Of a stretch of 64,000 bases of DNA, positions 1 to 9,849 are shown piece by piece; position 1 is the first letter of the stretch; every line of letters starts with the position of its first letter. Below the pieces are notes generated by a model. It ran no database searches. It was not told the DNA's origin and saw only the letters and a program-made list of their open reading frames with translations. The stretch comes from Candidatus Binatia bacterium (GTDB lineage Bacteria > Desulfobacterota > Binatia > Bin18): positions 64,001 to 128,000 of the forward strand of contig CAXXHG010000038.1 of NCBI GenBank assembly GCA_963666315.2, given 5' to 3'. The translations under genes were made by a program, and so were the position numbers.

Positions 1-43
1 TCAATTTCCGACTCCTTCCCTCAGGTCGAAGAGGAGCCATTTT

Positions 44-556
44 GTGTCTAGCGTTATGGTCGAAAAGAGGCGCAATCCTAAGTCGCGTCGTACGATTGAC
101 GATATGCTCGGTCAGGATGAGGCCATCCAGATCACAGCGAATGGTGTAGCAGAGCACTTCCTGCTCGTCACCAACCAGCGGGTCGCGATTATACAGGAGA
201 AGGTGCGTGTGTGGGGCGCAAGCGAAACACAAACGGAGCCGCGTAACTTTCTGTTGCGAGATATTGTACGCGTAGAGATTCACGCCAAAGGCAATGTGTG
301 TAACTTAGAGCTGATCTTGTGTAAAAAAGACGACACAGCCGATACGTCTGTGCAGCTGGAGCGATGCATACCCTTTAACAGTCTTGACGCGAAAAAAGCT
401 ATCAAACTCGCGATAGACATCGAAGCAAAGATTAAACAGTTTTCAGACCATCAACCGACCGGTACCCCGCCTATGGCCAATACTGATCAGCTCGCCAGTA
501 TTCTCGATCAAGCCTTGCTCAGAGCTATGGCCAAGCGTGAGGGCAACTTCGCATAG
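44..556 (+). CDS. Hypothetical protein, possibly bacterial PH-like domain
   Basis: 170-aa ORF with GAGGAG RBS upstream of a GTG start; LLVTNQRVAII resembles PH-domain strands. Confidence 0.55.
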   Translation: MSSVMVEKRRNPKSRRTIDDMLGQDEAIQITANGVAEHFLLVTNQRVAIIQEKVRVWGASETQTEPRNFLLRDIVRVEIHAKGNVCNLELILCKKDDTADTSVQLERCIPFNSLDAKKAIKLAIDIEAKIKQFSDHQPTGTPPMANTDQLASILDQALLRAMAKREGNFA

Positions 557-598
557 AGTGGAGTGACCTCGTCGCGGGGAAGGCCAGCGGCGCGCTGC

Positions 599-2041
599 CT
601 ACATTTCTCGGCAGGCTGCGCGAATGTCTTCCACACACATCGCCACCCGATCGTGATGAGTCCGAAAGCATAGGGCACAAATCCGGATGACAAATTTGTC
701 GCCGAGCGTTTCCCCTGCCCGCTCGCTGAGCAGCGTTCCAGTGAGGAGGACGCGTTTACGGACGTTGATCGCGTTGAGCAGTCTCTGATTGAGTTGATTT
801 AATGCGGACGTATCGAATCCAGATCGGTTGAGCCGAAAGGCGACGATCGATAGTTGTGGTTCAGCGATGATTTCTATGTCTGCAATGGTCCGCAGCTGTG
901 CGGTTGCCCATTCGGCTAAGGCGAGCTTTTCTTCAAGTGCCTGCCGAAACGGCTCAATGCCGTGCATTTTGAGTGGCAGCCAGATGCGTAGCCCACGAAA
1001 ATCGCGAGACAACTCAGGTGAGATCTGGCAGAAGTCTATAAAATCCGGATCAGCTTGCATGCTGGGCAAGTAGGCGGCTGCGTCCCCGCTATGCGCGCGT
1101 CTGAGCGTCTCTCGATCTCGGACAATCAGTGATCCTGTTCCAAAAGGAAGAAACAGCCCCTTATGAGGATCCAGCGTGATCGAGTTTGCACGCTGGAGGC
1201 CGGCCAAACGGCTCTTGCCGCGTTCGGTCAACACGAAGAATCCACCATAGGCTGCATCGATGTGGAGCCACAGATTTTCACGCTGAGCGATGTCAGCCAA
1301 AGCGTTGAGATCATCAACGGCTCCGGTATTGGTCGTCCCAGCATTGCCGACAATGAGAAATGGTTGCTGACCGGCATGCCGATCTGTCTCGATCTGCTGC
1401 TGCAGGGCCGTGAGACGAATACGGTAGTGGGCGTCCGTCGGAACCGCCCGGATGGTCTGCGGCGGAAAGCCGGCCAGGAGCGCCGCCTTTTGGACCGAAT
1501 GGTGCGTCTGGTCGGAGGTATAGATCGTTCCCGAGAGAAAGTTGTCGGGCAGACGCTCGCGACGAGCCGTAAAGATAGCCGAGAAATTCGCCAGCGAGCC
1601 ACCTGTGGTGAGAAATCCGCCCGCAGACTGGGGATAGCCTACGATATCGCAGAACCAGTGGACGACATTGGCTTCAAGCTGGGCCAAGCCTGGGGCTGCG
1701 GCCCACACGCCGACGTAGCGGTTGACGGCATTACTGATCAGATCGGCGACGGCCGCATGAAAAATTCCACCGCCGGGGACATAGGCCAGATAGCCCGGTC
1801 CGGCACAGTTAAAGCTGGTGGGAATTGCGGTCCGAAATAAGAATTCCAGGATCTCGTGATAAGGCTGTCCCTGTTCGGGCAGGTCTTCTCTCAAGCCGCG
1901 CGCGAGTTCTGCTCCGCCTTCCGTATTAGCCGCGGGTTGATCCGGGAGCGATTCAATATGCGCGGTGATATACGCCATGGCCTGGTCAACCAGGCGGTGC
2001 ATGTCGGCGGTCGACGGTTCGAGCGGAAAAGTATGATCCAC
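599..2041 (-). CDS. PLP-dependent group II decarboxylase (aromatic-L-amino-acid decarboxylase-like)
   Basis: TTGGSLAN, HIDAAYGG and SITLDPHK (PLP lysine) motifs. Confidence 0.92.
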   Translation of the reverse strand: MDHTFPLEPSTADMHRLVDQAMAYITAHIESLPDQPAANTEGGAELARGLREDLPEQGQPYHEILEFLFRTAIPTSFNCAGPGYLAYVPGGGIFHAAVADLISNAVNRYVGVWAAAPGLAQLEANVVHWFCDIVGYPQSAGGFLTTGGSLANFSAIFTARRERLPDNFLSGTIYTSDQTHHSVQKAALLAGFPPQTIRAVPTDAHYRIRLTALQQQIETDRHAGQQPFLIVGNAGTTNTGAVDDLNALADIAQRENLWLHIDAAYGGFFVLTERGKSRLAGLQRANSITLDPHKGLFLPFGTGSLIVRDRETLRRAHSGDAAAYLPSMQADPDFIDFCQISPELSRDFRGLRIWLPLKMHGIEPFRQALEEKLALAEWATAQLRTIADIEIIAEPQLSIVAFRLNRSGFDTSALNQLNQRLLNAINVRKRVLLTGTLLSERAGETLGDKFVIRICALCFRTHHDRVAMCVEDIRAACREM

Positions 2042-2054
2042 AACGCCGTCCGCA

Positions 2055-2963
2055 TTACTGACCCGTGATCAAACTCTGATACACCAGGGTCAGCCATAGG
2101 TCGGTTGAGATCGACCCGCTGCCCCACGACTGCCATTCCTCAGGGACTCCGGCCGCTTTCATGTCATCCAGACTCGTGCCTGCCGAGATAGCCTGCTGAA
2201 CAGTATGCATCGTTTCGACCAACATCCGGTGCGATGTCTTGAGGTTGTCGAGCGTTGCGAGCGGACCATGACCGGGAATAATCTTGGTTTCAGCGGCTGC
2301 TTGGTCTATCACGCTCTGCACGTTCTGGGTGTAGCCTTGCACGCTCCCGCCGTTGTCTAAATCAATAAACGGGAAGCGCCCGACAAAAAAGTGGTCGCCC
2401 ATATGAATGACCTGTGACTGGGTGAAAAACACTATGCTGTCGCCGTCTGTGTGGCCGTGCGGAAAGTGCACGACTTTTATTTCTTCGCCGTTAAAATGAA
2501 TCGAAACCGAGGTATCAAACGTGACCACCGGCCAGGCAGCTTTGGGAGCTGCTGGGACCGTATTGTGAAAAACCTGCTGGTTGGCCGTGAGACGTTTGCG
2601 GACATTGGTGTGGGCAATGATCGGCGCGAGTGGACCAAATTCTACATTGCCGCCGGTATGATCACCGTGCCAGTGTGTGTTTAGAATAAACTTGAGCGGT
2701 CCAGTGTGGACGGCGTGCAAAGCCGCCGTGATTTTCTCGGCCAGTGGGGCAAATTGATCATCAACAATCAAAATGCCATCCTCTCCAATCGACGCCGCAA
2801 TATTTCCTGTGCCCCAGTTGGCGTGCAGCATATAGATGTTGCCACTGACCTGGGTTGTCGTAATTTCGACGTTGCTGAAGTCGCGTTGAGCCTGAGCAGG
2901 GCGGCCAAGAGCAAGCACAGCCCACAAGAGGCACAAGATGCAAACGAGACGGAATACAGACAT
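2055..2963 (-). CDS. Secreted MBL-fold metallo-hydrolase (cyclase-like)
   Basis: Signal peptide (AQA), THWHGDH, GHTDGD, IPGHG motifs. Confidence 0.9.
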   Translation of the reverse strand: MSVFRLVCILCLLWAVLALGRPAQAQRDFSNVEITTTQVSGNIYMLHANWGTGNIAASIGEDGILIVDDQFAPLAEKITAALHAVHTGPLKFILNTHWHGDHTGGNVEFGPLAPIIAHTNVRKRLTANQQVFHNTVPAAPKAAWPVVTFDTSVSIHFNGEEIKVVHFPHGHTDGDSIVFFTQSQVIHMGDHFFVGRFPFIDLDNGGSVQGYTQNVQSVIDQAAAETKIIPGHGPLATLDNLKTSHRMLVETMHTVQQAISAGTSLDDMKAAGVPEEWQSWGSGSISTDLWLTLVYQSLITGQ

Positions 2964-3000
2964 GACGGGTCTCCTGACACAATCACACCATTAAACTAAA

Positions 3001-3525
3001 CTAGCGTTGTAAGAGAATCTCTACACACTGCCGTACGGCGTCCTCGGCCTTTTCGCGCAGCACGGTGTCGGTATTACTCGCTATGGGATGCGGAATCACG
3101 ACAAATGGATAGTCCGGCAGCCCCTGCACCTTGGCCATGGCTTTCGCCGTAGGTTCAAAGCGATCCGTAATAATGGCGGTGGCGGCTAGGCCGGCTTTTT
3201 CCGCTGTAATGGCGTCGTGCAAACTGCACGACGAGCAGCTGCCTCAATCGCCGACTGCGGAGATCACGGCATCACAGTCTGCCATATGGGCAATAACGTC
3301 ATCCGGAGCAGGCCGGCTGGCATCGGGCTTTGAAAGCCGCACTACCTGGCTGACGTCGTACTGCGAGCGCAGTAACTCCTCGATGTGATTCAGCAGCGTA
3401 TCGACATTCAGTTTGCCGTTGTCGAGTAAGCCCACCGTACGTCCGGACAGCGAGTCCAAGCGTGCAACCGTTTTTTGTCTGGCCTGCTGGCCGTCAAAGG
3501 TCGGATCAAGAACGCGCAGGGTCAT
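3001..3525 (-). CDS. UGSC-motif selenoprotein (in-frame UGA at 3244-3246 read as Sec)
   Basis: ORFs 3244-3525 and 3001-3222 are in one frame; read-through gives AVGD-U-GSCSSCSLHDAI; a hairpin follows the UGA. Confidence 0.9.
3213..3233 (-). promoter_or_regulatory. Putative bacterial SECIS element
   Basis: CGTCGTGCA-GTT-TGCACGACG: perfect 9-bp stem beginning 10 nt after the UGA, with GU in the apical loop. Confidence 0.75.
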
Positions 3526-3537
3526 ACCTTTCCTCCT

Positions 3538-4592
3538 TTATGGGGTTTCGATAATTTGTGTGACAGCGCGGGCTCGCGAGCCGAGCCAGGGCGGAATGAT
3601 GGCCCCAAATCCACCGGCTGGTCCGCCGGCTGCAATCACCAGCAGATCGTCGGGCGAACACAGGGCGGTAAACTTTTGATCAGCTCCTTTGCCCATATTC
3701 ACAATCTGTTGTTTGCCCACGGTCGCCCAATCACGCCGGACGACGCGGGCTGAGCGATATACATATTCCTGAATGTCTTTCTTTTGCCAGCCGGCAGCTG
3801 CAATCAGCTCGCGCAGTTGTTTGGGAAGGATCAAGGCATAATTCCCAGCCCAGATCGAATACGTCAGCATATTATGCCGTATTGCTGCGGCAAAGGTTTC
3901 GACAATCTCTTCCGGATCGTCTGTCCATTCATTCATCGCCTGATGGGGTGATTCTCCGGCCATGACCGTCACCGCAGATGTCCCGTGGGGAACGCCACGT
4001 TCTTGAGCCAACGGAATCCACGGACTGTCTTCTTCATCTTCAGCAATGCAAAATGTGAATTTGCCCGGATGACCCAGCGTGGCCCGGTCGAGTTGGCCGG
4101 GAATACAGCCCAGTATATTGATCAGAATCAGGCGAATAGCTCGACCTATGCTGCCGTTGGCACGGGTGCTATTGCCCAAGACATTATGGGTGGCATTCAG
4201 ACCAATTGCCTGCCGGATCGGACCGTTGACCACAATGAATTGGGCGCTGCCTCCGGTGCTGGCCGTACTGCCATGCAGGTTGAATTCTTCCTGACACATC
4301 GCTTTGAGAATCGCCACGACTACAGGCATATAGACGGGGAGACAACCGGCCATGACGGCATTGATGGCGACTTTCTCTGCGGTAATGGGGCCGCTGGCGG
4401 ACCGACTCCACTCCTACGACGTCATGCGGAGCTAACCCGGCTGCATCCAAGCAAGCACCTACGAGATCTGCAGTCGGGGGCAGGATCGGCAGGCCGTCAG
4501 TCCAGCCGCGCTGATGGTATACATCATTAACCGCCAGGATGTCTTTCAAGTTCGTAGGTTGGCGACTGAAGAGCAGTATGCGTGTGTGTCAC
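3538..4592 (-). CDS. Conserved UGSC-associated protein (about 350 aa), two apparent +1 frameshifts
   Basis: GTG at 4592 with GAGGA RBS; GWTDGLPILPPT and AINAVMAGCLP join if one base is removed at 4544-4546 and one at 4387-4390. Confidence 0.75.
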
Positions 4593-4691
4593 AGCCTATT
4601 CCTCACGTGGGCGCAGCATGCCTCTGCTAGCCAGCATACAGACAGATTGCTGTTTGGCAATGCTTCACGTCTATTCAGTAGTGCTTCACAT

Positions 4692-4822
4692 CTAGAGCGT
4701 GGAAAAGGGAGAGGAAGTGTCATTGCGAGGAGCCGTAGGCGACGAAGCAATCTCTTTGCCCGCTGCAGATTGCTTCGCTTCGCTCGCAATGACGTATACC
4801 GCCACTTTCCAAACACCCTCTA
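4692..4822. repeat. MITE/REP-like palindromic element
   Basis: GTCATTGCGAG...GAAGCAATCT / AGATTGCTTC...CTCGCAATGAC stem at 4719-4793, bounded by CTAGAG...CTCTAG. Confidence 0.7.
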
Positions 4823-6000
4823 GGCGGCGACTGGCGCTTCTCCTGCCGCGTCCCGCAGGAAATACGGCAGAGCAGGAACCATCATCATAAGGGGCAGCAC
4901 GAGCAGGCCAGCCGCCCAGAGAATATTGAAATGCTCGGTGACATAGCCGCCCACCCACGGCCCAAACACAATACCAAGACTAAAGGCCATATTATAGAAA
5001 CCAAAGGCCTTACCTGATTGTCCCTCAGTCAGATTGTCGACCATGAGGGGCAGGGTAGGGACGAGGGCAGCCGAGAGGGCAATAATCGTGGCCACTGCAA
5101 GAGGCAGAAGCCACACCGAATCAAGAACATAAAACATCATGGGCACCAGGCCTGCCGCAGCCAGCAGACCAAATCGGATCGGTTCCCGTCTGCCTCGCCG
5201 GTCTGACCACCAGCCAATCACAGGCTGGATAACAAACATGGCCAGTCCCCAGCCCGAAAAGAACAGGCCGATATCTTGGCCGGGACCAACCCATATGAGC
5301 GAATTGCAGCGGGAGCAGCACCTCGATTGCACCGATAGTGGCACATGTGACCAGAATGACTAAACACGCGCAGACGAGTTGTCGCTGTACCCCGTCCCGC
5401 AAAGAAAGAGGTGAGGCAGAATGGGGGGAATGGGACGGAGACGCCGACCGCGTCGGTATCAGGATAAAAGTACACACAGCCAAAGCAAAAGGAATCCAGG
5501 CAAAGTACAAGAACGGATCACGCACCTGACCCAGGCTCCCCAAGGCAGGCCCCGCAATTACGCCAATACTAAAGGCCATGGTCAGGACACTCATTTCAAC
5601 CCCACGGCGTTCTTTTGTCGCAATTCGGGCAGCTAGGGGCAAGGCGGCGGCCCAGGTTGCCGAGGCGGCTATCCCTTGGCCCAGCCGACACCCGAGGAGG
5701 GAGCCGAAACCAGTCGCCTGCCAAAATCCGAGTGAGACACAGCCTAAGATCAGCATGCCGACTGTGAGCAGACTGCGTTCGCCCCAGCGATCGACCAGCA
5801 GCCCAAAGGGTAAATACAGCACGAGAGAGATCAGGCCATATGCTGCGTACAGCGCCCCGGCGCGTGTTTCGCCCAATCCTAACTCTTGGGCGAAAGTCGG
5901 CAGTGCGGGGATAATAACCGTGTAGCCGACGGCGTCTATAAAAATGATCACAACCGCAAGACTGAGCAGAAGCCAGCGGGGGCGAGTCGCGGTGATTTCA
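4820..6000 (-). CDS. MFS transporter, frameshifted near 5278 (start uncertain)
   Basis: Multiple TM segments; MFS motif A copies GLLVDRWGER and GWWSDRRGRR lie in two overlapping ORFs. Confidence 0.8.
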
Positions 6001-6033
6001 AGGGCTGCTGCAGGGCAGGGCGTGGGGCCAGCG

Positions 6034-6564
6034 TCATTCGTCGTTTTTGGCAATGACCTGCTCGTCTGTTCGGGTGGAAAAGAGATCCGGGTGTTGGGCA
6101 ACGAAGACGGTCGGATCGCCACGGTCGAGCCCACGCAGATAGGCTTGATTGTGGTCGTTAAGCCATTGTTTTTCTTGGCTCACATCACCGTTAGGATCGA
6201 CCTGAGTAGTAATAGCCGTCTTCAGCTGCAAGAGACGGTCTACGACTAGAAGAGGGTTCTGGCCGGCATTGTCTTCTTCTGTTTCTAAAAGCAATGCTGA
6301 GGTGCGATTGTTTAGATAGTCGAGCATGATGGTTCGCTGGCGCGGGGTTGCGACCTTGCCTGCCGCGAGTGCGGCGATCTTGGCATCTTCTTCGCCAAGC
6401 AAAGCGTAGACTTTGACAGCGTTGAAGAAATAGGAGGGCACACCATGCGTTTGTCCACTGCCCCGATACCAAACAAAGTATACGGCCAGAACGGCCAGTG
6501 CAGTTGCGAACATAACAAGCATGGAGCCGAAGGTCCTTTCCTTTTGCGCTCCAAACCATAGCAC
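6034..6564 (-). CDS. Hypothetical protein with N-terminal TM helix
   Basis: 176-aa ORF with hydrophobic MLVMFATALAVLAVYFVWY; the true start may be the internal Met. Confidence 0.55.
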   Translation of the reverse strand: MLWFGAQKERTFGSMLVMFATALAVLAVYFVWYRGSGQTHGVPSYFFNAVKVYALLGEEDAKIAALAAGKVATPRQRTIMLDYLNNRTSALLLETEEDNAGQNPLLVVDRLLQLKTAITTQVDPNGDVSQEKQWLNDHNQAYLRGLDRGDPTVFVAQHPDLFSTRTDEQVIAKNDE

Positions 6565-6619
6565 CGTTCGGGGGAGGGAGCCAGAGAAAAAAGGCGTTTA
6601 TCCGGTCAGTCTAGTCAGA

Positions 6620-6662
6620 CTCAGAATGACAGAACCGGGCGCTTATGGATTCGGATAGGCAC
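6620..6662. repeat. Truncated MITE/REP end, inverted near-copy of 13179-13223
   Basis: CTCAGAATGACAGAACCGGGCGC..TATGG..GATAGGCAC matches the reverse complement of 13179-13223. Confidence 0.75.
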
Positions 6663-6679
6663 GACGTGAGCTCTTCTCT

Positions 6680-7171
6680 TCAATCCCTTGCAAGTTCCCA
6701 CGCTTGCTCAGTATGCACAAGATTCAGGCTATGATTCTTTTCGCCTATTGCCTGGTCGGCCAGCGTCCCTAGTAGATCATAGGCGTTACACTCTTCCATT
6801 CCATCACGCGCAATGAAGCGCATCAGGTTTTCCAGGGCCTGTCCGCACTGCTCGTGTCCGTTCTCGATCCGCGATAGTGTCTCGGGTTCTACTCGTAGTC
6901 GCCTAGCCATTTCTTTCTGTGACGCTCCACGGTGCTTCCGCAGAAAGCGCAACTCAAGTCCAGACAGCATCGCGATCGCATCGTTCAGGGCTGAGTGCAG
7001 CGCGGATATACGTGGAATACGCGGCGCTTCTCGCTGACAGGTCGAGCACCGGTAGACGTCAATGTCGATGAGATACACATGGTCGATCCCAGACGCCGTG
7101 TACTGATACGGTTCTTCCGCCGTGGCTGTTCGCGTCTCTAGCTCGCCTTCGCATTGCTCACATACTATCAT
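6680..7171 (-). CDS. MqsA-like antitoxin (zinc finger + XRE HTH)
   Basis: CEQC...CSTC, then LRFLRKHRGASQKEMARRLRVEPETLSRIENG. Confidence 0.85.
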   Translation of the reverse strand: MIVCEQCEGELETRTATAEEPYQYTASGIDHVYLIDIDVYRCSTCQREAPRIPRISALHSALNDAIAMLSGLELRFLRKHRGASQKEMARRLRVEPETLSRIENGHEQCGQALENLMRFIARDGMEECNAYDLLGTLADQAIGEKNHSLNLVHTEQAWELARD

Positions 7172-7186
7172 CGTGACCTCTTCCCT

Positions 7187-7471
7187 TTACATGACTGTGA
7201 CAATGTACAGATCATCCTCAATAATCACGATACATCTTGTAGACTCACCCTCCAGGTCCTCGCCAGTGACTTTTTACCGCCAATTATTTTGCTTTCGTGT
7301 GACATGAGTTACTTTTCCGTATGTCAGGATATGTATGATATCAGCGGTGTCGATGCCGCGCTCCACCATGCGATCTTCCGCATGGTGCCCTAGCACCGTA
7401 CCGCCCTGGTTCACCAGCCGCCGAATTTGGCGCATGGCCTTGTCGAAACTTAACAACCCTTGGCCGGCCAT
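7187..7471 (-). pseudogene. DUF4258-like toxin with in-frame TAA at 7274-7276
   Basis: HAEDRMVERGI...NNWR*KVTGEDLEG...IVTVM; lies directly upstream of the antitoxin. Confidence 0.7.
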
Positions 7472-7717
7472 CCCTACTCTTCCACATTCATGCTGTCGAT
7501 ATACTTGAGGAGATATCAAGTTTTTGAACAAAAGCAATAGACTTGCATGTACTTTTACTCGCCGGATATCAGGCGTCCAATACTGACGAGGATGGTGTAG
7601 TTCTCCCCTAGGGCCGGGTGAGGGTGCGAAAAGCTGAGGTGCTGGCTGCTGCCACAGTCTTACGGGATACCCCATCAAAGACTATTAACTTTGTGGGGAT
7701 CTCTCGGCGTCTCCCTC

Positions 7718-8335
7718 TTATGCCGCCAGCCGTTCGCGCACGCGTACCAAACGCTCGGCGCCCCAAAAGAGTTCGCCGTTCACAATATAGCTCGGCACGC
7801 CGAACACGCCTGCCTTTTCGGCCTGGATCTGTATGTGGTCGTACTCTTGGCGGCCTTGGCCGCTGAGATAATCAAGAAATCCGCCGCTATCGATGCCGAC
7901 TTCTGTCAATACGCTTTGCAGGATCGTGGCGTCTTCGATGTCCAATTCACGCTTCCAGAATCGCTCGTACACGGTCTGATGATACGGCTGAAAATCGCCC
8001 TGCTGCTTGGCGTACAGCATAGCGATGTGACTGAGCGAGGAATCAAAAATTTTGCGTGGGCCACGAATAGTCAGCCCGCGTCGGGTCGCCTCACGCCGGC
8101 AGTCCATATAAGCATACTTCACTCGCCGCCACTGATGCGCATTGCGCTCTTCATCCACGACCTTGCCGGTCTCGTCCACCTGGGCCGAGCCGAGAAATTG
8201 GGGAATGTCCAAAGTGAGCGGAAGAAAATCCACACTGACGTCAAATTCCTTTTCCAGCTGAAAGGTGTCTTCTTGCGCCAAGTAGGCGTACGGGCTTTTA
8301 TAATCGAAATAATGCGTAAGAGTGGTAATGGCCAT
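7718..8335 (-). CDS. DsbA-family / 2-hydroxychromene-2-carboxylate isomerase-like protein
   Basis: YFDYKSPYAYL and GVFGVPSYIVNGELFWGAER motifs. Confidence 0.88.
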   Translation of the reverse strand: MAITTLTHYFDYKSPYAYLAQEDTFQLEKEFDVSVDFLPLTLDIPQFLGSAQVDETGKVVDEERNAHQWRRVKYAYMDCRREATRRGLTIRGPRKIFDSSLSHIAMLYAKQQGDFQPYHQTVYERFWKRELDIEDATILQSVLTEVGIDSGGFLDYLSGQGRQEYDHIQIQAEKAGVFGVPSYIVNGELFWGAERLVRVRERLAA

Positions 8336-8470
8336 GCGCGGTACTCCTGTCTTTTTGTAACAGCTCGAACCTAACGCATTCATCGATAGCGCTGCAAGGG
8401 AGACGCGGGGCGAAGCCGCGACCTTGCCTCCTGTCCAAATACCATTCATACAAGACTAGGGGAGCAAGTC

Positions 8471-9703
8471 ATGCAGAAGCAATGCGTAAAGGCGACAGCA
8501 CACAAAGCTCGCAAACGCTATCCACGCGTCGGCTCTCATGCAGAGCTCGTGCGGAGGGCTGAGGAGTTAGTACCGATTCTGCGCCAGCGCGCACCGCATA
8601 CTGATGAAATACGACGCCTGCCGGATGACACCCGGCATGATCTTCGGGCATCTGGTGTCGCGCGTATCCTCCAACCGTCCCGCTATGGCGGCTGTGAGGC
8701 CCATTTGTCCGGCATGGTGGATATTCTGACCACGATAGGCAGAGGGTGTGGCTCGACTGCTTGGTGTCTGGCTCAATACATTGGTCATAATTTTATGGTC
8801 GCCCAGTGGCCTGAACGTGCCCAAGAAGAAGTCTGGGGGACAAGTCCACAAAATCTGCTGAGTGGTATTCTCATTCCGCTGCTGGGCAACGTGCGCAGAG
8901 TGCGGGGTGGGTATGTGCTGTCCGGCCAGTTTCCGTTTGTGAGCGGCGTCACGACATGCGACTGGTGCCTGTTCGCTGGTATGGTGGAAAACGGATCGGG
9001 CGGAAAGCCGGAAGAGCGCTATTTTATCCTACCCCAGGGGAAATTTGAAATCCTGGATACCTGGGATGCCATCGGGCTGCGCGGATCGGCCAGCCATGAT
9101 GTCAAGGCGGATAACGTTTTTATTCCAACCCATATGACATTACCGATTAAACACCTCAAGGGTGGAGACAAGAGCCCGGGCCGGAAGGTCAACCGCGGGA
9201 CGCTGTACCGTTCGCCGAGCTATATGACGTTTGGCATTTTGATCTCCAGCGCATCAGTCGGCATTGCTGATGGTATTGTCCGAGACTACGTCGAGCAGGT
9301 GAAAAGTCGCGTGGCACTCATGTCCGGCCAGGGCCTCCACGATCAGGTGCTGCAACACACCAAAATTTCAGAAGCCACCATAGCAGTGGAAGCGGCCAAG
9401 GCACTGCTGTACAAAAACTGCGACGAGATTATGCAGATACTCGGAGCCGGGGATTTGCCGACACACGAACAGCGCACCAAATATCGTACGGCTGGCGCAT
9501 ATGCTGGCAAGCTGGCGTTTCAGGCTGCGAATTTGATTTGGGACGCTGGCGGGGGACGCGGCGTGTATATGAACAATCCGATTGCGCGTGCGTATCGCGA
9601 CATATGCACTGCCACGCGTCATTTTACCCATAGCTGGGATGTCAATGGTGCAACCCACGGGCGGGTCATAGTCGGTCTGCCGCTGGATAATCCAGCTCTG
9701 TAA
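8471..9703 (+). CDS. Flavin-dependent monooxygenase oxygenase subunit (acyl-CoA dehydrogenase fold, HsaA-like)
   Basis: LQPSRYGG, CGSTAW, DTWDAIGLRGSASHD, PIARAYRD motifs. Confidence 0.88.
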   Translation: MQKQCVKATAHKARKRYPRVGSHAELVRRAEELVPILRQRAPHTDEIRRLPDDTRHDLRASGVARILQPSRYGGCEAHLSGMVDILTTIGRGCGSTAWCLAQYIGHNFMVAQWPERAQEEVWGTSPQNLLSGILIPLLGNVRRVRGGYVLSGQFPFVSGVTTCDWCLFAGMVENGSGGKPEERYFILPQGKFEILDTWDAIGLRGSASHDVKADNVFIPTHMTLPIKHLKGGDKSPGRKVNRGTLYRSPSYMTFGILISSASVGIADGIVRDYVEQVKSRVALMSGQGLHDQVLQHTKISEATIAVEAAKALLYKNCDEIMQILGAGDLPTHEQRTKYRTAGAYAGKLAFQAANLIWDAGGGRGVYMNNPIARAYRDICTATRHFTHSWDVNGATHGRVIVGLPLDNPAL

Positions 9704-9740
9704 GTGGACAAGATGCCCTCCCTGGCGTAGTGGGCATCCT
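9673..9740 (+). repeat. Direct repeat copy 1 (3' end of monooxygenase gene plus downstream hairpin)
   Basis: Degenerate match to 11153-11223. Confidence 0.75.
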
Positions 9741-9849
9741 TACCCGAGGACATCCTGAGCACCTTCGAAGGCAAATTAAGTTCTTCCTTAAAAACTTAAT
9801 AAGGCGAGATAATTTGACATATTACTTCAGATTATCTCGATAATCAGGA

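Noticed and set aside
1163-1840. Long antisense ORFs (also 7691-8374, 14690-15502, 58449-59336, 62747-63643)
   Set aside because: They are shadows of well-supported genes on the opposite strand and have no recognisable motifs.
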